Shown here: positions 24,178 through 34,175 of the stretch, piece after piece
Layout of the letters: every line of letters starts with the position of its first letter
How positions within the stretch are numbered: the first letter of the stretch is position 1
DNA from: Mycobacteriales bacterium
GTDB taxonomy: Bacteria > Actinomycetota > Actinomycetes > Mycobacteriales > SCTD01
Assembly: GCA_030697205.1 (NCBI GenBank)
Contig: JAUYQP010000015.1
Span: 67,093 to 131,092 of the forward strand
DNA: 64,000 nt
Direction of reading: 5' to 3'
Notes under the pieces: model-generated
Seen by the model: only the letters and a program-made list of their open reading frames with translations
What the model was told of the DNA's origin: nothing
The model's database searches: none
Translations under genes and position numbers: made by a program

Positions 24178-24557
24178 GGATCGTCCTTCGTGAGGACCGG
24201 CCTGCCGTGTGGGACAGGCCGGTCGTGGGTCCGGGTCGCGTGGTGCAGGGCGCTCCGGGGCCCGCCGCGGGGGCGGGGGGTAAGGGGGCGGCGGGGGTGG
24301 CCCGGCCGGCACGGACCGCCGGCCTCGGGTCCGGCACACCGCTGACGGTCCGACGCAGCACCGCTCTGCGGGCGTCAAGCCCGCGGGCGGAGAGGTGGGC
24401 CGGAGCGGCGGAGTGAGAGGTCCACACCGACTGCTCGGGCGGGTGCACGGTGCCCAGAGCGGGCGACGGGTGCGTGCACAGCGTAACGGTCGGTGTGCGC
24501 CCTGCACAACCGACGCGGCCCGTGTCGCACCCGGGACAGGCGTCCGTCACCGCCGGG

Positions 24558-25457
24558 TTACAGCGGAAGGACCTGCGCCCCGGCGAGGTCAACGGCGAGG
24601 CGGTGCGCCTCCCAGCCCTTGGGGACGCGGGCCGCGACGGCCTCGGCGTCGCCCTGCTCGACAAGGGCCAGCACGGTCGGGCCGGCCCCGCTGATGGTCG
24701 CGGCGACACCGTCGGCACGCAGCCGCTGGACCAGGCCATAGGACCGCGGCATCGCGCTCGCGCGGTAGGACTGGTGGAGCAGGTCCTCGGTCGCCGCGTG
24801 CAGCAGCGACGGGTCGGCGGTCATCGCGTGGGTGAGCAGCGCCGTGCGGGCGGAGTTGGCGGCCGCGTCGGCGAGGGTCACGCTCTCGGGGAGCAGCCCG
24901 CGCACCTTCTTGGTCGACGCGCGGGTGGTCGGGACGAAGGCCACCGGCGTGAGAGCGGGCAGCGGCGCGAGCCGGAGCACCCGGGGCTCGCTCCCCCACG
25001 CCAGCGTCAGCCCGCCGCGCAGGCAGGCCGCGACGTTGTCGGGGTGGCCTTCGACCTCGGTGGCGAGCGCGAGCACCGCGTCGTCGTCGAGCAGGTCCTC
25101 GCCGCCGAGCACGAGCGCCCTCGCCGCGAGCAGCGCGGCGACGATCGCGGCCGACGACGAGCCGAGCCCGCGCGACTGCGGGATGCGGTTGGCGCAGACG
25201 ACCTCGAGCCCGCGCGGCTGCCCGCCGAGCCGCTCGAAGGCGATCCGCAGCGCCTTGACGACGAGGTGGCGCTTGTCGCGCGGCAGGTCCTCGGCGCCCT
25301 CCCCTGCGACGTCGACCGACAGCCCGCTGTCGGCGATGCGCACGACGACGTCGTCGTAGAGCGACAGCGCGAGACCGGCGCAGTCGAAGGCCGGCCCGAG
25401 GTTGGCGCTGGTCGCGGGGACCCGCACCCGCACGGGTGCCGCGCGAAACGACGGCAC
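24558..25457 (-). CDS. thrB: homoserine kinase
   Basis: PATSANLGPAFD and GLGSSSAA GHMP-kinase motifs; GTG overlaps the thrC TAG by 1 nt. Confidence 0.9.
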   Translation of the reverse strand: MPSFRAAPVRVRVPATSANLGPAFDCAGLALSLYDDVVVRIADSGLSVDVAGEGAEDLPRDKRHLVVKALRIAFERLGGQPRGLEVVCANRIPQSRGLGSSSAAIVAALLAARALVLGGEDLLDDDAVLALATEVEGHPDNVAACLRGGLTLAWGSEPRVLRLAPLPALTPVAFVPTTRASTKKVRGLLPESVTLADAAANSARTALLTHAMTADPSLLHAATEDLLHQSYRASAMPRSYGLVQRLRADGVAATISGAGPTVLALVEQGDAEAVAARVPKGWEAHRLAVDLAGAQVLPL

Positions 25458-26530
25458 TACAGGCCCAGCGCAGCGGCCGCGGCGGCCGCGTCCGCCGCGA
25501 CGGTGACCGGCTTGGGCGCGCCGGCGATCGCCCAGTCCGGGTCCTTGAGGCCGTTGCCGGTGACGGTGCACACGACGCTCGAGCCGGCGGCGATGAGGCC
25601 CTGGGCGTGGGCCTGCAGCAGCCCGGCGACCGACGCCGCCGAGGCCGGCTCCACGAAGACGCCCTCGCGCTTGGCGAGCAGCTGGTACGCCGAGAGGATC
25701 TGCCGGTCGGTGACGGCCTGGATGTCGCCCCCGGACTCCTCGCGGGCGTCGATCGCCTGCTGCCACGAGGCGGGGTTGCCGATGCGGATCGCGGTCGCGA
25801 TGGTCTGCGGCGCGGCGACCCGCTGGCCGGACACGATCGGGGCGGCGCCCGCGGCCTGGAAGCCGAGCATCCGCGGGCGGCTCGTGACGACGCCGTCGGC
25901 GGCGTACTCGACGTAGCCCTTCCAGTAGGCCGTGATGTTGCCGGCGTTGCCGACCGGCAGGCAGTGCACGTCGGGGGCCCGGCCGAGGACGTCGCAGACC
26001 TCGAACGCCGCGGTCTTCTGGCCCTCGATGCGGTCGGGGTTGACGCTGTTGACCAGGGTCACGGCGTAGTGCTCCGACAGGTCGCGGCACAGGTCGAGGC
26101 AGTCGTCGAAGTTGCCCTGGACCTGCAGCAGCTGCGCACCGTGGACGAGCGCCTGGGCCAGCTTGCCGAGCGCGATCTTGCCCTCGGGCACGAGCACGGC
26201 GCAGGTGAGGCCGCCCTTGGCGGCGTAGGCCGCGGCGGAGGCGGAGGTGTTGCCCGTCGAGGCGCAGATGACGGCCTTCGAGCCCGCCTCGACGGCCTTG
26301 GAGATGGCCATCGTCATGCCGCGGTCCTTGAAGGACCCGGTCGGGTTGGCGCCCTCGACCTTGAGGTGGACCGTGGCGCCGACGAGCGAGGAGAGGTGCT
26401 CGGCGTGGACGAGCGGGGTCGCGCCCTCCTGCAGGGTGACGACCGGGGTCGTCGCCGTGACCGGCAGCCGGTCGCGGTACTCCTCGATCAGGCCGCGCCA
26501 GCCGGCTCGCGCCAGCACCGGTGCCGTCAT
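25457..26530 (-). CDS. thrC: threonine synthase
   Basis: [13 protein letters not shown]-lysine motif; 357 aa. Confidence 0.9.
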   Translation of the reverse strand: MTAPVLARAGWRGLIEEYRDRLPVTATTPVVTLQEGATPLVHAEHLSSLVGATVHLKVEGANPTGSFKDRGMTMAISKAVEAGSKAVICASTGNTSASAAAYAAKGGLTCAVLVPEGKIALGKLAQALVHGAQLLQVQGNFDDCLDLCRDLSEHYAVTLVNSVNPDRIEGQKTAAFEVCDVLGRAPDVHCLPVGNAGNITAYWKGYVEYAADGVVTSRPRMLGFQAAGAAPIVSGQRVAAPQTIATAIRIGNPASWQQAIDAREESGGDIQAVTDRQILSAYQLLAKREGVFVEPASAASVAGLLQAHAQGLIAAGSSVVCTVTGNGLKDPDWAIAGAPKPVTVAADAAAAAAALGL

Positions 26531-27825
26531 GGCTGCCCCTCCACCCTCATCACGGACGCGACCGCCCGCACCACGTCGAGCGAGCGGAGCTCGTCGACCG
26601 TCGCCTGCAGCGCCGCGTCGGTCGCGGTGTGGGTGACGACGACGAGCAGCGCGTCGCCGCCGTCCTCGTGCCGCGGGCCCTCCTGGCGGACCGTGCGGAT
26701 CGACACGCCGCGGCTCGCGAACGCGCTCGCGACGGCGGCGAGGACACCGGGCTTGTCGGCCACGTCGAGGCTGATGTGGTACCTCGTGACGACGTCGCCC
26801 ATGGGCAGGACGCGCAGGTCGGCGTAGGCGGACTCCTGGGTGCCGCGCGAGCCCGACAGCGCGTTGCGGGCGACGGCGACGAGGTCGCCGAGGATCGCGC
26901 TCGCGGTCGGCGACCCGCCCGCGCCGCGGCCGTAGAACATCAGCTGCCCGGCCGACGCGCCCTCGACGAACACGGCGTTGTAGGCCTCGCGCACCGACCC
27001 GAGCGGGTGGCTGCGCGGGATCATCGCGGGGTGCACCCGCACGCCGACGCCGTCGGCGGTGCGCTCGGCGATCGCGAGCAGCTTGACGACGCAGCCCATG
27101 TCCTTGGCGCTGGCGATGTCGGCGGAGGTGACGTCGGAGATGCCCTCGCGGTGCACGTCGGCCGCGGTGACGCGCGTGTGGAAGGCGAGCCCGGCGAGGA
27201 TCGCCGCCTTGGCCGCGGCGTCGAAGCCCTCGACGTCGGCGGTCGGGTCGGCCTCGGCGTAGCCCAGCGCGGTCGCCTCGTCGAGGGCCTCGGCGAAGCC
27301 CGCGCCGGTCTCGTCCATGCGCGTCAGGATGGAGTTGGTGGTGCCGTTGACGATGCCCATCACCCGGCTGAGGTGGTCACCGGCGAGCGACTCGCGCAGC
27401 GGCCGCAGCAGAGGGATGGCGCCCGCGACGGAGGCCTCGTAGTAGAGGTCGGCACCCGACTCGCGCGCGGCGGCGTAGAGCGTCGCGCCGTCCTCGGCGA
27501 GCAGCGCCTTGTTGGCGGTCACGACGCCCTTGCCGGCCTTGAGCGCCGACAGCAGCAGGGTGCGCGCCGGCTCGATGCCGCCGATGACCTCGACCACGAG
27601 GTCGACGTCGTCGCGCGCGACGAGACCCTCCGCGTCGGTCGTGAACAGCTCGTCGGGGACGGGCAGGTCGCGGCGCTTCTGCAGCCGCCGCACGGCGATG
27701 CCGGCGAGCTCGAGCGGCGCGCCGACGCGGGCCTCGAGGTCGGCCGCGGAGGAGTGGAGCAGTCGCACGACCTCCGAGCCAACGGTGCCGCAGCCCAGCA
27801 GCGCGACCCGCAGCGGGGCGGTCAC
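26527..27825 (-). CDS. hom: homoserine dehydrogenase
   Basis: [15 protein letters not shown] Rossmann motif, C-terminal ACT domain; GTG at 27825. Confidence 0.9.
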   Translation of the reverse strand: MTAPLRVALLGCGTVGSEVVRLLHSSAADLEARVGAPLELAGIAVRRLQKRRDLPVPDELFTTDAEGLVARDDVDLVVEVIGGIEPARTLLLSALKAGKGVVTANKALLAEDGATLYAAARESGADLYYEASVAGAIPLLRPLRESLAGDHLSRVMGIVNGTTNSILTRMDETGAGFAEALDEATALGYAEADPTADVEGFDAAAKAAILAGLAFHTRVTAADVHREGISDVTSADIASAKDMGCVVKLLAIAERTADGVGVRVHPAMIPRSHPLGSVREAYNAVFVEGASAGQLMFYGRGAGGSPTASAILGDLVAVARNALSGSRGTQESAYADLRVLPMGDVVTRYHISLDVADKPGVLAAVASAFASRGVSIRTVRQEGPRHEDGGDALLVVVTHTATDAALQATVDELRSLDVVRAVASVMRVEGQP

Positions 27826-28064
27826 GGGACGATCTCCACGCCACGGAAGGGCTCGCCGCTGCAGCACGCGCAGCCGCTGTGGTCGCGGCTCGCGGGGCGC
27901 GGCCGGAAGCGCCGGATGCCCAGCACCAGCAGGGCGAGGACCACGACGGAGTACGCCGCTGCCGCCGGCCAGCCGAGCAGGTCACCGATCACGACCCCGA
28001 CGACGGCCAGGACGCCGAACGCGGCCGTGAGGAACAGGACAGGGAGCCGCTTCGAGGTGGTCAC
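27822..28064 (-). CDS. 80-aa predicted two-helix membrane mini-protein with C-terminal CACC cluster
   Basis: Fills the lysA-hom gap exactly; GTGA overlaps at both ends; hydrophobic helices; no family recognised. Confidence 0.5.
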   Translation of the reverse strand: MTTSKRLPVLFLTAAFGVLAVVGVVIGDLLGWPAAAAYSVVVLALLVLGIRRFRPRPASRDHSGCACCSGEPFRGVEIVP

Positions 28065-29368
28065 GGGACGTCCAGGGCGAGCAGGTCGGCCTCGGTCTCG
28101 CGACGGACCAGCACCCGGGCCTCGCCGTCGCGCACCGCGACGACGGGCGGCCGGGGGACGTGGTTGTAGTTGCTGGCCATCGAGCGGTGGTAGGCCCCCG
28201 ACGCCGGCACCGCGACGAGGTCGGAGGGCACCAGGTCGGCGGGCAGCGGCACGTCGTGGACGACGATGTCGCCGCTCTCGCAGTGCTTGCCGCACAGCGT
28301 GACGTTGCGCGGGTCGGCCGTCGAGGTCCGCGACGCCAGCACCGCGGTGTAGTGCGCGTCGTAGAGCGCGGTGCGGATGTTGTCGCTCATCCCGCCGTCG
28401 ACCGAGACGTATGTGCGCAGGCCGGGCAGCTCCTTGACGGTGCCGACCTCGTAGAGCGTCACGGTCGTCGGGCCGCTGATCGCGCGGCCCGGCTCGACGG
28501 CGAGGCGCGGCACCGCGAGGCCCGCTGCGGCGCACTCCTTCTCGACGATCGCGCGCAGGCCGTCGGCGTAGTCCTTGACGTCCATCGGGTCGTCGGCGGA
28601 GGTGTAGGCGATGCCCTGGCCGCCGCCGAGGTCGAGCTCGGGCAGCTCGACGCCGTGCTCGTCGCGGACCGCGGCGAGCAGCCCGACCATGCGGTGCGCG
28701 GCGAGGGAGAAGCCGCGGACGTCGAAGATGTGCGAGCCGATGTGGCAGTGCAGCCCGACCAGCTCGAGGCTTGGCAGGGCGAGGACCCGACGGACCGCCT
28801 CCGCAGCGGCGCCGGAGGCGAGGGAGAAGCCGAACTTCTGGTCCTCCTGGCCGGTCTGGACGTACTCATGCGTGTGGGCTTCGACGCCTGGCGTGACCCG
28901 GACGTAGACCCGCTGGCGGACCCCGGCGCGCTCGGCGACGGCAGCGAGGCGGGCGACCTCCTCGAAGGAGTCGACGACGACCCGCGCGACCCCCGCGGCG
29001 ACGGCCCGCTCGAGCTCGCTGACGCTCTTGTTGTTGCCGTGGAAGAGCAGCCGCTCCGGCGGGAAGCCGGCGGCCAGCGCGACCGCGAGCTCGCCGCCGG
29101 TGCAGACGTCGAGCGACAGGCCCTCCTCGGCGATCCAGCGGGCGACCGCGGTGCACAGGAAGGCCTTGCCGGCGTAGTAGACGTCGGCGTCGGCGAAGGC
29201 GTCGCGCCAGGCCGAGCAGCGACCGCGGAAGTCGGCCTCGTCGAGGACGTAGACGGGGGTGCCGAACTGCGCGGCGAGGTCGCGCACGTCGACGCCGCCG
29301 AGCCGCAGCGCGCCGTCGGCGCCGCGCTCCGCGGTCACCGGCCACACGGCCGGCTCGAGGTCGGTCAC
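28061..29368 (-). CDS. lysA: diaminopimelate decarboxylase
   Basis: Typical LysA (YAGKAF, EPGRAI, CESGD motifs); GTG overlaps the argS stop. Confidence 0.9.
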   Translation of the reverse strand: MTDLEPAVWPVTAERGADGALRLGGVDVRDLAAQFGTPVYVLDEADFRGRCSAWRDAFADADVYYAGKAFLCTAVARWIAEEGLSLDVCTGGELAVALAAGFPPERLLFHGNNKSVSELERAVAAGVARVVVDSFEEVARLAAVAERAGVRQRVYVRVTPGVEAHTHEYVQTGQEDQKFGFSLASGAAAEAVRRVLALPSLELVGLHCHIGSHIFDVRGFSLAAHRMVGLLAAVRDEHGVELPELDLGGGQGIAYTSADDPMDVKDYADGLRAIVEKECAAAGLAVPRLAVEPGRAISGPTTVTLYEVGTVKELPGLRTYVSVDGGMSDNIRTALYDAHYTAVLASRTSTADPRNVTLCGKHCESGDIVVHDVPLPADLVPSDLVAVPASGAYHRSMASNYNHVPRPPVVAVRDGEARVLVRRETEADLLALDVP

Positions 29369-31026
29369 ATCCGCTCCGGGGCGCTCACACCGAGCAGCCC
29401 GAGGCCGTTCTCGAGGACGGTGCGGGTGGCCTTCCACAGCAGCAGCCGGGCGCGGTGCGTCGGGGTCGCGTCCTCGTCGCCCTGGGGCAGCGCGCGGCAG
29501 GCGACCTTCTCGTCGAACCAGCGCTGCGCGGCCTTCGCGACCTGCTCCTCGAGGTAGCGCGCGACCCGGTGCGGCTCGCGCAGCTCGGCCGCGCTCGCGA
29601 CGACGGCCGGGAAGTCGGCGAGCGCCTTGAGCAGCTCGTTCTCGAGCGGGTGGACGAGCAGCGAGGTGTCTGCTGTGTCGATGCCGTCGATGCCGAGGTC
29701 GGCGGCACCGCGCAGGATCGACGCCGCACGGGTGGCGGCGTACTGCACGTAGAACACCGGGTTGTCGGAGCTCTTGCGCGACCACAGGTCGAGGTCGATG
29801 TCGAGCTGGCTGTCGGCACTCGACCGCGCCAGGGCGTAGCGCGCGGCGTCGACGCCGATCGCGTCGACGAGGTCGTCGATCGTGACGACGGTGCCGGCCC
29901 GCTTGCTCATCCGCAGAGGCTGGCCGTCGCGCAGCAGGTTGACCATCTGGCCGATGAGGATCTCGAGGTTGCGACCCGGCAGGTCCCCGAAGGCCGCGCA
30001 CATCGCCTGCATCCGGCCGACGTAGCCGTGGTGGTCGGCGCCGAGCATGATCACGACCCGGTCGAAGCCGCGCTCGCGCTTGTCGAGGTAGTAGGCGAGG
30101 TCGCCGGAGATGTAGGCAGGCTGGCCGTCGGCCTTGATGACGACGCGGTCCTTGTCGTCACCGAGGTCCTCGGTGCGCAGCCAGGTCGCGCCGTCCTTGT
30201 CGTAGATCCGGCCGAGGCCGCGCAGCCGCTCGACGGCCCGCTCGACCGCGCCGGACTCGTGCAGGGAGTTCTCGTGGAAGTAGACGTCGAAGTCCACGCC
30301 GAAGTCGTGCAGCGCCTGCTTGATCTCGGTGAACATCAGCTGGACGCCCTCGCGCCGGAAGACCTCCTGCGGGTCGTCCTGCTCGAGCGCGTCAGGGACC
30401 AGTGCGAGGACCTGCTGCGCGATCTCGGCGATGTAGGCCCCGCCGTAGCCGTCCTCGGGCGCGCTCTCGCCGCGGGCTGCCGCCAGCAGGGAGGCAGCGA
30501 AGCGGTCGATCTGGCCGCCGTGGTCGTTGAAGTAGTACTCCCGCGTGACCTTCGCGCCGGTGGCTTCCATGAGCCGGGCCAGCGAGTCACCCACGGCCGC
30601 CCACCGCACGCCGCCGATGTGGATCGGGCCGGTCGGGTTGGCGGAGACGAACTCGAGGTTGACCGTCTCCCCCGCCATCGCGTCGCCGCGGCCGTAGGCG
30701 GCCCCCGCGGCGGCGATCGTCGCGGCCACGCCACCGAGGGCGGCCTCGGCGAGCCGGACGTTGAGGAAGCCCGGGCCGGCGACCTCCACGGCGGCGAGCC
30801 CAGGGGTGTCGCGCAGTCGCGCGGCGAGCAGCTCGGCGACCTCGCGCGGCGGGCGGCCGGCGGCCTTGGCGAGCTGCAGCGCGACGTTGGTGGCGTAGTC
30901 GCCGAGCTCGGCGACACGCGGCCGGTCGACGGTCACCGTCGCGGGCACCTCGACCGCGATCTCACCGGCTGAGACGGCGTCGGCCACGGCGGCCCGCACG
31001 GCCTCGGAGAGCTGTGTCGGGGTCAC
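29365..31026 (-). CDS. argS: arginine--tRNA ligase
   Basis: 553 aa; [11 protein letters not shown] (HIGH) and MSKR (KMSK) motifs. Confidence 0.95.
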   Translation of the reverse strand: MTPTQLSEAVRAAVADAVSAGEIAVEVPATVTVDRPRVAELGDYATNVALQLAKAAGRPPREVAELLAARLRDTPGLAAVEVAGPGFLNVRLAEAALGGVAATIAAAGAAYGRGDAMAGETVNLEFVSANPTGPIHIGGVRWAAVGDSLARLMEATGAKVTREYYFNDHGGQIDRFAASLLAAARGESAPEDGYGGAYIAEIAQQVLALVPDALEQDDPQEVFRREGVQLMFTEIKQALHDFGVDFDVYFHENSLHESGAVERAVERLRGLGRIYDKDGATWLRTEDLGDDKDRVVIKADGQPAYISGDLAYYLDKRERGFDRVVIMLGADHHGYVGRMQAMCAAFGDLPGRNLEILIGQMVNLLRDGQPLRMSKRAGTVVTIDDLVDAIGVDAARYALARSSADSQLDIDLDLWSRKSSDNPVFYVQYAATRAASILRGAADLGIDGIDTADTSLLVHPLENELLKALADFPAVVASAAELREPHRVARYLEEQVAKAAQRWFDEKVACRALPQGDEDATPTHRARLLLWKATRTVLENGLGLLGVSAPERM

Positions 31027-31111
31027 GTGTCGAGGTTATCGCCCGCGCGCACCTAGGATCTTCCGGACGACCGGATCCGACCACCGGCACCGACCCTGGA
31101 GCGACCGCACC

Positions 31112-31849
31112 GTGATGTCCAAGCGCAACAACCCCGGTGACGCCGTGCGTCGCGCCCAGGCCGCCCAGATCAAGAAGCCGTTCCCGTGGGGCGTCGTCGC
31201 CGGCGGCACCGTGCTCGCCGTCTTCCTCGGCGGGATCCTCTTCTACGCCGCGACCAACGTCGGCAGCGAGGCCCCCACCCCGCTCAAGGACGCCGACGGG
31301 AAGTTCGACGGGCTCGTCGTCGCCGACGTCACCGCCGCCGGCACGCACCGCGACGGGGTGCTCGAGTACCCCCAGAGCCCGCCGGTCAACGGCGCCCACA
31401 ACGGCCTGTGGCAGAACTGCGCCGTCTACACGACCGAGATCCCGAAGGAGCACGCGGTCCACTCCCTCGAGCACGGCGCGGTCTGGGTCACCTACGACCC
31501 GACCAAGGTCACCGGCGACGCTCTCAAGGAGCTCACCGACAAGGTCGAGGGCGACCCCTACCGCATCCTGTCGCCGTTCCCCGGCCTGAAGAGCGCGGTC
31601 AGCCTGCAGGCCTGGGGCCGGCAGTTGTTCGTCGACAGCGTCGACGACGGCGACGTCGACGACTTCCTCGACACCTACACGACCGGCCCGCAGACGCCGG
31701 AGAAGGGCGCGGCCTGCTCCGGCGGCGTCAGCCAGACCGGCAGCGTCCCGGTCGGCGGCAGCGCACCCGCGCCGACCACGCCCACGGTCCCCAGCGCGGT
31801 CCCGTCGGCCGCCCCCTCGTCGGCCGCCCCCGCCCCGAGCGCCAGCTAG
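31112..31849 (+). CDS. DUF3105-family membrane-anchored protein
   Basis: 245 aa; TM anchor; HSLEHGAVWV.. pattern recalled from DUF3105; Pro/Ala/Ser tail. Confidence 0.7.
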   Translation: MMSKRNNPGDAVRRAQAAQIKKPFPWGVVAGGTVLAVFLGGILFYAATNVGSEAPTPLKDADGKFDGLVVADVTAAGTHRDGVLEYPQSPPVNGAHNGLWQNCAVYTTEIPKEHAVHSLEHGAVWVTYDPTKVTGDALKELTDKVEGDPYRILSPFPGLKSAVSLQAWGRQLFVDSVDDGDVDDFLDTYTTGPQTPEKGAACSGGVSQTGSVPVGGSAPAPTTPTVPSAVPSAAPSSAAPAPSAS

Positions 31850-31895
31850 GACCAGCAGGGGTACGACGGGAGCGCTCCCGTCGTACTCCTGGCTC

Positions 31896-32282
31896 TCAGG
31901 CCTCGGGGAGTCCGGCGAGGCGCCGGACGGTGGCGATCAGCTCGTCGGGGTCGAACGGCTTGGTGAGGTAGGCGTCGACGCCGATCCGGTCACCGCGCTG
32001 GAGGTCGGCCTCCTGCGCGCGGGCCGACAGCAGCACCACCTTGACGCCGGCGGTCTCGGGATCGGCGCGCAGCCGCGACGCGGCCTCCCAGCCGTCCATG
32101 CGCGGCATCATGATGTCGAGCGTGATGACGTCGGGGGCGACGTCCTTGACCTTGTCGAGGCAGTCCTGGCCGTCGACGGCGGTCGTGACCTCGAAGCCCT
32201 CGAGCTCCAGGTTGACCGTGATGAGCTGACGGATGACGTCGTCGTCGTCGACGACGAGGACGCGGCCCAGGCTGCTCGACAT
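31896..32282 (-). CDS. stand-alone response-regulator receiver protein
   Basis: 128 aa; DDDD acidic pocket, phospho-Asp in ITLDIMMP, conserved K in LTKPF. Confidence 0.85.
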   Translation of the reverse strand: MSSSLGRVLVVDDDDVIRQLITVNLELEGFEVTTAVDGQDCLDKVKDVAPDVITLDIMMPRMDGWEAASRLRADPETAGVKVVLLSARAQEADLQRGDRIGVDAYLTKPFDPDELIATVRRLAGLPEA

Positions 32283-32349
32283 GGCCGGAGGCTAGCGGAA
32301 ACACCCGGCTTGTCACCTCCCGCGTCCTGCTAACGTCTGAGCGCCCCGA

Positions 32350-32421
32350 GCCCCCGTAGCTCAGGGGATAGAGCGTCGCCCTCCGGAGGCGGAAGCGCAG
32401 GTTCGAATCCTGCCGGGGGCA
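32350..32421 (+). tRNA. tRNA-Arg (anticodon CCG)
   Basis: Cloverleaf folded by hand: acceptor GCCCCCG/CGGGGGC, D arm GCTC/GAGC, anticodon loop CTCCGGA, T arm GCAGG-TTCGAAT-CCTGC; no encoded CCA. Confidence 0.85.
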
Positions 32422-32426
32422 CCCAC

Positions 32427-33005
32427 TCACCATGCCTGGTCGTCGGCTGTGGAGCCGGTCACCATGCTCGCCAGGGCTGCTGTGAAGCGGTCTCGATCGA
32501 TCACCGCGGACCCCCCGAAGAAGCTCGCTGCCAGGTGGTAGCCGGTGAGCGCGGCCTGGACGACCGCGGCCACCGCTTCCGCGTCCCGGGCCGGGACGTC
32601 CCCGCGCTCCATGCGTGCCCGCAGGTCGGCCGCGTCGTGCGCCACCCCGCCCTCGGCGATCACGGTCCGGATCCGGTCGAGGTGCGGCAGGCTGGCACCC
32701 TCTCGGACCAAGAGGGCGATGAGCAGCCCCATCCGCTGGAGGTTGTCGAGGGTCCAGTCGTAGTAGTCGCGCATGTCGCGCAGCGGCCCCTGGAGGTCGC
32801 GAGCGGCGGCGACCCGATCCACCTCGCGGTCGACGACAGCGGCGAGCACGTCGGCCTTGGACCGGAAGTGCCGGTAGAAGCTCCCGCTTCCCGGCGACAG
32901 GCCGGCGCCCTTCTCGAGGTCGGTGACGGGAACGGCCTCGACGCCCCGCGCGGCGAACTGCGCGAGCGCGACGTCGAGCAGCCGCTCCCGGGTGTCCCTC
33001 GCCAT
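32427..33005 (-). CDS. TetR-family transcriptional regulator
   Basis: MARDTRERLLDVALAQFAARG..VTDLEKGAGLSPGSGSFYRHF HTH; 192 aa. Confidence 0.85.
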   Translation of the reverse strand: MARDTRERLLDVALAQFAARGVEAVPVTDLEKGAGLSPGSGSFYRHFRSKADVLAAVVDREVDRVAAARDLQGPLRDMRDYYDWTLDNLQRMGLLIALLVREGASLPHLDRIRTVIAEGGVAHDAADLRARMERGDVPARDAEAVAAVVQAALTGYHLAASFFGGSAVIDRDRFTAALASMVTGSTADDQAW

Positions 33006-33021
33006 GGGGGAAAAGATACCT

Positions 33022-33048
33022 CTTGCGTTGTGCAAGTGCTCTCTTGCA
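33022..33048. promoter_or_regulatory. candidate TetR operator: three CTTGCA/TGCAAG hexamers in alternating orientation
   Basis: CTTGC-gttgt-GCAAG and TGCAAG-tgctct-CTTGCA in the 54-bp divergent gap; local GC dip; -10-like CATACT ends 7 nt before the ATG at 33060. Confidence 0.5.
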
Positions 33049-33059
33049 TACTGCCGGAC

Positions 33060-34175
33060 ATGACCCTCGCACCCGCTCGTCGCTCGGACCTCGACCCTCA
33101 GCTGCTGTCGCTCGCCTCGCGCGACACGGCCAAGGCCGGCTCGCTGACCTTCCTCGTGGCGGACCAGGCCCTCACCTACACCGTCCGCAACGGTGAGGTC
33201 CTGGAGACCACCGAGACCAGCGGCGACACCGCCGTCCGCCTGACCGCCGCGGCGTGGGCGGACCTCACCGGTCAGGTCCGGTCGCTGATCAACCTCCACC
33301 TCGCGCAGGAGATCACCTACGAGCGGGGTTCCTTCACGCAGCTGGCCGCGTGGGACAGGACGCTGCGCTACCTGCACTCCGGCGTCCCGCCGTACACCGG
33401 CAGTGATCTCGGGGGCCGCGACCCGCACGCAGAGATGTCGCTGTCCGACAGTGACGCCGAGCTCAGCGCGCAGCTGACCACCATGGGCTACCTGCTGGTG
33501 AAGGGCGTCTTCACCGCCGAGGAGATGGCCGCGGCCAACGCCGAGGTCGACCGGCTCGCGGCACTGGCCCGACCCGGTGACGAGCAGAGCTGGTTCGTCG
33601 AGACCGAGACCGGGCCGCAGGTGTGCCGGCTGGTCTACGCCACCCTGCGCTCGACCGTGCTGCAGCAGCTCGAGCAGGACCCGCGCCTGCAGCGGCTGGG
33701 CACCCTGCTGGACCCGGCACTGCAGATCGCGCCCGACCGCATGGAGGGCAGCGCCGTCCTGATCAAGGTGCCCGGCGAGACGCGCGGCCTGTCCAACATC
33801 CCCTGGCACCAGGACTGCGGCATGGGCGGTCACGCGGTCATCTGCCCGGCAGTCAGCCTCGGGATCCAGCTGACCGGGTCGAGCGCGGAGACCGGCAACC
33901 TGCTCGCCGTCCCCGGCAGCCAGGGCCAGACCCTTCACTACCAGTGGTCCACGCAGAGCGACCTGCCCGTCGTCGAGATCAACACCGAGCCGGGCGACGT
34001 CACGGTGCACATCCAGGACGTCATGCACGCCTCACCTGCGCCGACGGGGCGCGGCGGTCGTCGCACGATGTACGTCACGCACTACCCGGCGACCCTGTGG
34101 GACCACATCGGACCAGGCCAGGCCTTCAACGACCTGGTCCGCAACCGGACCGCGGAGGTCGCGTCCCTGGCCTGA
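33060..34175 (+). CDS. phytanoyl-CoA dioxygenase (PhyH) family Fe(II)/2-oxoglutarate oxygenase
   Basis: 371 aa; PWHQD (HxD) and later H (VTVHIQDVMH) of the facial triad; PhyH-like layout. Confidence 0.7.
   Translation: MTLAPARRSDLDPQLLSLASRDTAKAGSLTFLVADQALTYTVRNGEVLETTETSGDTAVRLTAAAWADLTGQVRSLINLHLAQEITYERGSFTQLAAWDRTLRYLHSGVPPYTGSDLGGRDPHAEMSLSDSDAELSAQLTTMGYLLVKGVFTAEEMAAANAEVDRLAALARPGDEQSWFVETETGPQVCRLVYATLRSTVLQQLEQDPRLQRLGTLLDPALQIAPDRMEGSAVLIKVPGETRGLSNIPWHQDCGMGGHAVICPAVSLGIQLTGSSAETGNLLAVPGSQGQTLHYQWSTQSDLPVVEINTEPGDVTVHIQDVMHASPAPTGRGGRRTMYVTHYPATLWDHIGPGQAFNDLVRNRTAEVASLA

Noticed and set aside
24178-24507. 110-codon N-terminal extension of the rho ORF (track start at 24507)
   Set aside because: The extension is Pro/Arg-rich with no Rho similarity. 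The TTG at 24177 has an RBS and yields an N-terminus matching mycobacterial Rho, so the region is treated as a 5' leader.
32350-32440. tRNA-Arg as the attachment site of an integrated element
   Set aside because: No integrase, excisionase or transposase was found anywhere in the window, and no downstream direct repeat of the tRNA 3' end was found. It is kept only as a variable-region hypothesis.
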